Both the position numbers and the translations under genes were made by a program. Under the pieces are notes generated by a model. That model was not told where the DNA came from. It saw nothing but the letters and a program-made list of their open reading frames with translations, and did no database searches. From an uncultured Planctomycetia bacterium (GTDB lineage Bacteria > Omnitrophota > Gorgyraeia > 2-02-FULL-51-18 > JAGOUK01): a stretch of DNA of 64,000 nucleotides. The stretch lies in NCBI GenBank assembly GCA_964430735.1, contig CAYSFB010000002.1:158027-222026 (forward strand), given 5' to 3'. Of this stretch, positions 39,601 through 48,600 are shown piece after piece; positions within the stretch are counted from its first letter, which is position 1; each line of letters opens with the position of its first letter.

Positions 39601-42600
39601 AAGCCCATCTGGAACGAAACGCCTCCCGTGTTCTCGATCCGGGTTTTGACGTTGAGCGAGCCGTCCTTGCCCAGTGTATAGGTCAGATAAACACGGCCGG
39701 AGCCCTTGTACTGGGCATCCTTGAACTCGAAGATCGGATCCTGGGCCGTATCCGCGACGAGCGTGATCGATGTCGCGTCATCGCTCGACGAATGCCCCGC
39801 GTACTCCCATCGCATTTTGTCGAAATACCCGTGGATCGCGAACTGATCCGGGCCTTGGGCAGCCGGCACATAACGGATGTGCCGGTTCCTCTTGATGTCC
39901 GGCGTGATGGATCGACGGCCGACCCAGGGCGCCATGAAGGGCGCTCCCCCGCGCATGAGCGGGTTGTCCTTGCCGAACGGCTGAGAAGCGTCCTTGATCA
40001 AACGGACCGCTTCGCCGTTCTCGTCCTGACCTTCGAACCAAATCCGTTGACGGAGCGCGCCGTCCACGCCGGCCGTTTTCCAGCCCGCGATGTTGCCGCC
40101 CAGAGCCGACACCTGAAGCTCGCCTTTGCCGTCGGCGGCGGTGAGCTTGTAGACGGGATAGCCGTCGACCAGTCGCACCGTCACGTTCTGACGCTCACGA
40201 GGATGGATGTTCCGTTCCCTTGCGATTTGAACCAAAAGACGGAACGCGGACGCGGCCCATTCCAGCTGCTTCCAGCCGCCTCTGTCGCGAAGAGCTGCTT
40301 CGAACCGGTGCGTGTGAGCGGAAGTCGCGCCGAACAGATGACGACGCACCACGAGCACTTGCGCCAGATGGACGTTGGCCGCTGTGCGGTCTGTGCCCCA
40401 GAGAGACGCGGCAGCCGCTTCATTGATGTTCTCCCAGTCGCGGACGAGGGTCATGTACGCGGTCCGGCCCAAAGAATCGACCGACGCAGGAAGGCTGCCC
40501 AGCGCGAGCACGTCCAGCCAAGTCAGACCTTCGATGAAGCGGCGGTGGGCCGCAGCTTCTTCGGCAGAAAGCGTGACCACCGAACTGCGCTGGACGTAGT
40601 AACGGTCGATCCTGGGAAGGATCACCGTCTCGTAGCGCTTGATCCAGTCCCGGTTCTGACCGGGTTCCAAGGCCCCCAACATCTCGGCCTCAAAATCGAT
40701 CGGCTTCCGATCCGCCAACCGCGCGCCGGATAGCATTTGTTGCGCAGTGAGTGGCTCACCGGCAGTTTCAAAATACTTCTCAACCACTGACCACATTGCT
40801 TTTTTATCCCAAGGAGATTTAGGGACATAAATCATTTCTCTAGCCGGGGTCACAAACAACTGATCATCGGGACCAATAGTGAATGGCTTTTTATCTCCGT
40901 CGCCCGCGACAGTGAATAGCTTGCTGTTTTCACTTGTTATCCTTATCGGCCAGGGCCGAGTAATGAGCGACTGTAGATCGGTTGCTTGTCCGATAGTACC
41001 GACTCCTTGCGCCTGGATGACGGCCAACAATAACCGCTCGGCTTCGATGCCGGTCAAGCGGGCCAGCACGTGATTAGGAGGATATGCGGGAGCCTTTAGC
41101 ATTCCAGCCAGCCGAGCGCCGAAACGGCCTGCATATTTCGGGTTGGTAAAGGCATCGTCCGGAATTCCGTCGAACGGATCCCATTCTTCTTCCGTCTGCT
41201 TCACTGGCATCAAGATACCGGACGGGTAGACGATACGAACGCTCAAAGAACCCTTGGGTTTTGACAACCGCTTGTAGGAAATGGTCACGACGCGGCCTTC
41301 CCCGTCATAAAAAGAGACAGGGTCCTTTCGAACCATGACGCTCGGCTGCGCATCATCCCAGTAAGGAAGTTTGGTCACCTTTAAAAAGGAGGGGGTCTTG
41401 GAATCAACCTGTTTGGAGGAAACAGCGATGCCGAGACTTGCGTCCACGACGAGGGCCTTGCGCTTTTTGTCATATCGCATCACCATGACCTCGCGCCCCT
41501 TCTTGGGACCTTTGTCGATCACCAGAAGAATGCGCTCATCGCCGGTAATTGTGATGTTCTTCGTTTGTACCGCCTTCGCTTTCGCCAACCGCGCGCCGGT
41601 CGACGGAACGTGCCGGGGACCGGCCGGTCGCACAGCATCCTCCGAGTTCGGGTCTTGGGATAGAAACGGATCGGGAGCGTCGGGCACCACCCGGTCATTG
41701 TCATCCGAATCGTCGTCCCCGCCCAGGAACGCCAACAGAATCGAATCGGGGATCCGTTTCTTCATAAAATTATTCTTGATGGGAGGCGAATGGGTCCGGA
41801 TAAATTGACCCGCCCTGGAAGAGCCATCTGTTATCACAAGAACGGATCGATCGGCCGATTTCTTTTCGAAGTCTGGCGTCAGATTCCAGACGGCCGTCGA
41901 GATCCCTGCCGTGGCCCGCATAAACCCTTCCGAATGCCAGTGGTCCGCCGCGTAAGCCAGATGCGTAACATAGGCGTCTCCGGAGGTCAGCAAGACGTCC
42001 AGAACGGGTATTTTCCCCTGGCCGACCCACAATATTTTTTGTTTTTCATTGGCATAAATTTCTAGCAAGTTGTCATTGACCGCATGTTCCTCTTCCGAGG
42101 CTAGAAAGAACAGGATCTTTGATCCGGTTCTGGATCTCGCCTGCTTTAATAATCGGAACCACTGAAGATAAGACAGGACGTTGCGTAATTCCGCACGGTC
42201 CGTCCGGGGGAGTCCCAAGAGATCCGGTAACGACTGGGTGACCCCGTCGTCATTCACATACCCCGAAACGATCTTGGCATAATCATCCCATTGGATTCCA
42301 GATTCCGCTGATTGAAGATACATCCAAACATATTTCAAATATTTATCCCACGTCAGGATCCAGATCTTGCGTCCCGACTCCCCCATCCGCTCCATCGTTT
42401 TGAGCTGCATGTGGTCCATAGCCGACATTCCGCCGCCGGCGCCCATCTCGATATCGCTCATTGAGGCATCCAAATCCTCCGAAAGAAGCACATGCTGATG
42501 GTGATGTGACAAATCTACCAAGGAATCAATGGCACTGCTCCATACCGCAGACTCTGACTCCGTTGATGGGCGGATGCTTTCTTTCAACCCCTCTATAATT

Positions 42601-45600
42601 TCTTGATAATCGGGACGGGGCTCTGATTCAGGCTGATTGAGCAGCATGTCTTCAACAGTCTCGCTCCCAAGATATTGATGATCCATCAACAGGTTATCCC
42701 ATTCCCGCAAGACAATCCCCGCTTCGGCCCTTAGCCGGGGCGACTGCTGAAGAAGCTTTTGGTCTATGACGAACTTTTCAAACTGAGTTTTGACAGGAAC
42801 AAACGGGTCGCCTTCCCGGGGCCGGCTCATCTGATTGATCTCGTAGAAGTCCAGACCGTAAATGACGGTCCCGGCAAATACCCGATAAAACCCAATCCAA
42901 TCTGGATCCGAGTTTTTTCCAGTATTCTTGACCATCAGCCACACAAGCAAGGAATATCCAATTTCGCCGAAGTCACCGCCCTCCAATTCAATCTCGTACT
43001 GAAGGGACATGAATAAATCGCTCAGCGCTTCAAAATACTCCTTGGTATCGGGATGTGCGATATGCTGAACCTTTTCATCAAGAAACTCGAACATAAAACT
43101 TCCCAGCAGATCGATCAGCTGTTCATTATTGAGCCCGGCCAAATACTGGACTCTTCCCGACGTTATCTTTAAATATTTCTCATACCGTTTCGGAAGCGGA
43201 AACGGATTCATTTGCGGCTCCCGTTCATTCAGACGGCGAATGATATGGGCAGCATATTCACTCACCTCTAATTGCACAGCATCCGTTGAATCTGGGAATG
43301 AAATAAAAACTTTTTCCGTCTTCGCCAACCGCGCGCCGGCATCGAGATTTCTCATAGCGTCGATCTCTTGCAAAGCTAGATCGATGTTATCGCAAGCATA
43401 TTTGAGCTGGTGCCATCTGAAGTCAGGGAGCTCCTGCCAATTGGGGGCATCGGCACTCAGTTGTGTTGGGATCGCCGACAATTTTTCTCGAATGTAGTAA
43501 ATGCCTGGCGGAACCGTCCGGCTGTCACCCTGAAAGTGAGCATTGCTCCTGACAATACGGATCGCCTCCGGAAGAATCACGCGTAATGCCTGCTCGACGG
43601 TGCTAGAGAACTGCTTATTGGGGTAGGCATATCCAGCATCATAATCCAAACCTATTTGTACTTGAATCTGCTCGAGCCTGGGCAACAAATTGTTTAATGC
43701 GACTCCCATCGCTCCTTGTTGCGCCATCTGCGCACCGGAAGAGCCGCGCTCGTCCAGGGTGGCTGGGATTTCGGGACGAACCTGATCGGCGATGGGGCCC
43801 TGCTCGCTGGCGATGTTCTGCGTGCCGTCGTCGGCAGCCAAGCGTGCGCCAAGCTGTTGAAAAAAATCGTTTTGAGAAAATGGAATTACGTCGTTTTCGG
43901 CCGCCACCAACAGGACATTATTTCCGTTATCGCGCAATTCAAGCCGCAGGACGTCAGGAAACATTCTCGGCCTGTATTGCGTAAGATTTCGGGTGTAAGT
44001 AATACGTTCTCCCGGATCCAGCGGAATGCGGAATATAAATTGACGGTCCGACCGGTCGGGATACGCCTTCAGTTCGTCTCCGTTGAACGAATACGGCTTG
44101 ACCAGCAGATAAAGGACCCTTGCTTTGGCATCCAAGACGGTTTTATCAACCAGAACCTTGTTTTGAGGATAGGTGCTTCTGTCGTTTGCTCTGAACGCGT
44201 TTTTAAAAAGCCGGTCGATGGCAGCACCGACCTCTTCTTGCAGGCCCGAGGACGCCGCCTGCTTTTTGACCTCATCGGCCGCGGCGCCGTCGATCGCGGC
44301 ACGGATGGCTTGGGCGATCAAGACGGATCGGACGACCATTCCGGGAACCGCGGAGTCCACCGAACTCGCAAAATTAATGGCCCCGACGGGATAGACCCGC
44401 GGATCGATGCCGCTCGACAGGTTGTCCGGACCCAGTTCAAACTCGGCGGCGACGACCGGGTTATCGCCCTTCCTTAATTTGAGCATCCTGCCTGCGATGA
44501 GCGCCTGATTGACGGGATCCTTGCTCCTCAAGGAATCGCGATCGTATCCGGTCGCCAAAATGATCGGGCCGTCCACGGTCGTGGATTCCGAACGATCCCT
44601 GGAGCCAAGCGGTATGATCTTGGTCCGGACGCGCGGGTTCGTGTCCGATGGGGTGATCTCGACGGTCTCGAGCTTGACGGCCTTGGTGTCGAACGGCGCT
44701 CCGAGAGCATGGAGCACGACGCGGCCGTTTCGGATCCCCCGCTCAATCGCGGAAAATGTATCGGGGGTGATCGTCGTCCCGTAATCCCGTTTCCATTCTT
44801 CAATGCTGGTGTCGCCGGCCTGGCGGTCCGTGATGAGCCGCTGCGCGGACTCGACGCCGGCATGTCCTGCCGGAACCTGCAGTTGTCCGGGCTTAAGCAG
44901 CCCTACCGTATAGAGATGAACCGTAGCTTCGGGACGTGCGTCCAAAATTTCGGTAACCGCTTTGGCGGCGGCCTCGCCGCCCCCGACCACCGCAACCGAG
45001 ACCGGACCCGTGTACCCTTCCATGACCGTCCGGTACAGAGGCGTGCCCATCAGAGTCTCGGAAATGATGAGTTGAGGCAGGCGCGCGACGTCGATCTTGG
45101 AATCGGGGCTTCCGGGCTTGGCCTTGGATTTGCGCGCGAGCTCCAGCGACAATTGAATGAGACGGTCCGCGGCGGTCAACTCCTCGTGGGATGTCACCAG
45201 AACGTATTCGTTTTTATTCCGCTGGACAAAGTCCTTGAGCCCGGTCGGCATCCGCATGTGCTCTGACCGCCTGCCGGTCATCCCGGTTGCGGGGACAAGC
45301 GTGCGGGCCTTGATGAGATGGCCTTGCGAGGTCCTGATCCAGTACAGGCCGTCGTTCTTTTTCTCGATCGAAGCGACGTCCGCCCCTTCAACGACGATTC
45401 CGCCCCGGTCCTGGATCATGCCGGCAGCGTGGGAAAGATATTGAAAAAATTCGTTGCGTGCCAAAGGCGACTGAACGTCCTTCGGGTCGGCCGCATTCTT
45501 CGGCTGCGTCGAAGCGAATTGGCGCGAAGCGGCGCGTCCGACAACATCGCGCGCGCGGATTCCGCGCTCACGGTAAACGGCCAGCTGTGTCTCAAGCGCC

Positions 45601-48600
45601 GCCGCCTGGACGAGGTCCTTGCCTGACTTGCCCGCTCGCACAAGCGAGCTCTGCTCCGCATTGGTCCGCATCCAGTGAGTGTCGTGCGCCTTCGCGTCCG
45701 AAAAACCGCCTCCCACATAATCGCTCACGATCACGGTCTTAAGCTTGGCGTCCACCGCGTGCAGTCCCGCGGATAAGCCCGCAGGTCCCGCGCCGATCAC
45801 GGCCACGTCGGCAACGTCATCCCCCCAGCGGGCGTACTCGATCCGGCTCAAGTCCTGGGGCGTGTGAAGAAACCGGCGGGTCCTCAAAATCCCGTCCGCC
45901 ATCAAAAAAGGGCTCTCCGATTGCTGCGCCAGAAGCGCATATTCCTTATCTGTCACCACACGCGTCCCGGTCGCCTCATCCGCCGACCGCTCCTCGTCTG
46001 ACGCCAGCCGCGCGCCGTTCAAGTAATCGAATATTTCCCCGTTTGCGGCTTCGACCTTATTGATGGCCGCTTCTAATCTTGTGGTAGACGCCTGCGGGTA
46101 GTCCACTTTCGAAGCTTTGCTCATTTGAAAAAGCATGGCGTGAGCTTCCCTGCTGCCTTTAATCAGGCTATCCAGGCGCTTTTTCAGCTTCTCAAGCTCC
46201 AACAGCGAATGAATATCATCGTTCCGATTGACCCACCGAATTATCTTTTGGAGCTGCAACACGAGCGGTTTGATGAGGACGTTGGCGTTGAATGACTGCG
46301 GGTTCTCGGTTACACCCGGTTGATTCAGGGTGATTTTATACCCCTCAAGAAGCTTGCCGGCTTCCGAGTATTCGGCCTCAGCAGAAGTCAGTTTGGACAG
46401 AACCGCGGATTTAATGTCTTCCGAAGCGCTCCCCTGCTCCGCCAGCTGCGCGCCGGCGCCGATCTGGTCCCGCACCCGTACGGCGTGGCGCAAGGCTTCC
46501 CTCAAAGAAACTTCAGCTGTCATGTATTCGGACGCGATTCCAGCTCCGAATTCGGGCCCGTCGGGAGCGCTCATGATGGTTTTCTGGACTTGTTTCAGCA
46601 GCGCGGCGTTCCTCTCGACCGTGGCGATCACCGCATCGATGTTCCGGCGCACCGCATCGGCCACCGACGCCTCGTCCAGGCTGCCTTCCGGCAGCCACTC
46701 GCGGACCGATGCGTCCAGAGCGCGCAATTCCTGGGTAGGAGACAGAGACTGGACGCTGCCTTCGAACGGCATGACAAAACTCAAATTCGGAAGATCGGGA
46801 GCGGCCTTCAGCGCTTCGCCGACCTGGTTCCGCACCTGACGGACCCCCGCCTCTAGCCGGGCGTCCGCCAGCCGCGCGCCGGACAGTTTGAAGTCGAGGT
46901 TCCGGATGAAGAGGCCCCAGGCGAGCTGGGCGGCGGCTTCGGCGTTCTCGTCCTTGCCCGTATAGACTTCGCCCAGGTGAGCAAGCTCAACAGCCCTGGT
47001 TCTGAAGAGAGCCTCCGATAACTGGATGGTCCCTTGATTCTGAGCGTACGATTCCAAAAATGCCATAAGCTGCTCAGCGATTCCGTTCACAAGGGGATTA
47101 TCGGATCTGGACTCGCTCGAGTTTTCCGCTATCTGCCGCTTTGTTTTAACGGCCGTGTCCCTCATCTCGGCGATCGTGACCTCCACGCGCTTGATCTGCG
47201 CCAGACGGGCACCGGACGACTGGACCCGGGTGACCTTGGCTCCGGAGGCTTCGACCAGGGATTTCATCGCGTCGGACTGGGATTTGGGAACCCAGAACTT
47301 GAGGACGCGGTCGGTCACGGGCTCTTCCGTACCGATGTTGGAGACCGAGAAAAGGACATCCGAGTTGGCTTCCAAGGGTTCCAGACGGATGATCCAGCGG
47401 TTCCGGGCCTCGTGATGGATATAGCGCAGTTTGTATTCGTATTTTTTTCCGTTCGTTTCGAGCGTAACGCGGCGGTCTGCATGAACCGGGATCTCAATTT
47501 TCTGGAGAGGCAGGTCCGCACCCCCGTCACGAACGGCGATTCCGGCGCCGGGCATCAGATGGGCGACGACGGCCTTCCTGGAGGACTCCACATCCACCTC
47601 AACCCCGCCCCGTACTTCGCGGGCAGCCAGACGGGCACCGCCAGTCTGAAGACGGATCTTATTAAGGACGTTCTTGAGATGAGATACCCCCTCATAGTCA
47701 GATCCGGGATAATGGGCCAGGATATCTATTGCAAGTAGCCAGATTTGCTCTCGCAGCTTCTTGGAGCTGCGAACATCCGTCCAGCGGTCCAGCACTTTCG
47801 ATATGGATCCCATTTCATATGAAACCGCAATAGCTGTTCCTCTTCCTGAGGTCGTCACATAATTAGACATCCACCTCTTCCTCAAGAGAGCCTTGTAAAG
47901 TTCAAGTATGTGAATTTTGTTGGTGGTTTTTTTGGCCCGGCCTAGAGCTTCGATAGCCTGCCCTCCGTACAGCGGGCTCTTCAGATACTTTGTCAGGATA
48001 TCTATAACTTCTTTCCTGTCGGGTCCAATGGCTGCGGCGGCCTCAATGGCTGCCTTCCGCACATCAGGCTCCACATTCCAGCCGTCAATGATCTTGATCA
48101 AGCTCGGCAGCGCCTTATCCGCCCGGCGAGAGTAGGATGCGATCTCTTCCAGGTCATTTATCATCGACTGATGAACACTACGGTCGAAGTCAGAATGATG
48201 AAGTCCGTCCTTCACTTTGCTTTCGAGAGAATTTACCAGATCTTTCGGCGCGGATTTTACTGCCATCCGCGCGCCGGCATTGGAGCCGCGTTCGTCCATA
48301 GTGGTGGGTGGGACTTCGGGGCGGACCTGATCGGCGATGGGGCCCTGCTCGCTGGCCAAATTGCCGGGGCGATCGCCTTCCTGAATAGCCAACCGGGCCG
48401 CCGCCACGAGGGCTTCCTGCATCACGGGCGTCGTGCGGACGAAGTAGGGGTCGCTGATATTGCGCGCGGAGACTGGAACACGGGCGCTAAAAGCCGGCTG
48501 AATATGAGCGGGGCCCTTTAACAGGATCCGCTCATACCGGGCAAAGTCCGTCTCGTGATAGACGTTCGGGATGATCGAAACATACGAGATTCCGCGGGAC

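Noticed and set aside
40714-43339. Conserved 16-19-nt GCCAACCGCGCGCCGG strings considered as in-frame insertions of a REP/MITE-like DNA element
   Set aside because: The same GARLA peptide is encoded elsewhere with entirely different codons (e.g. GGA GCG AGG CTG GCT at 12902-12916 and GGT GCC CGT CTG GCG at ~47205). The motif is also not palindromic. Conservation is therefore protein-level, with a few recently duplicated copies.
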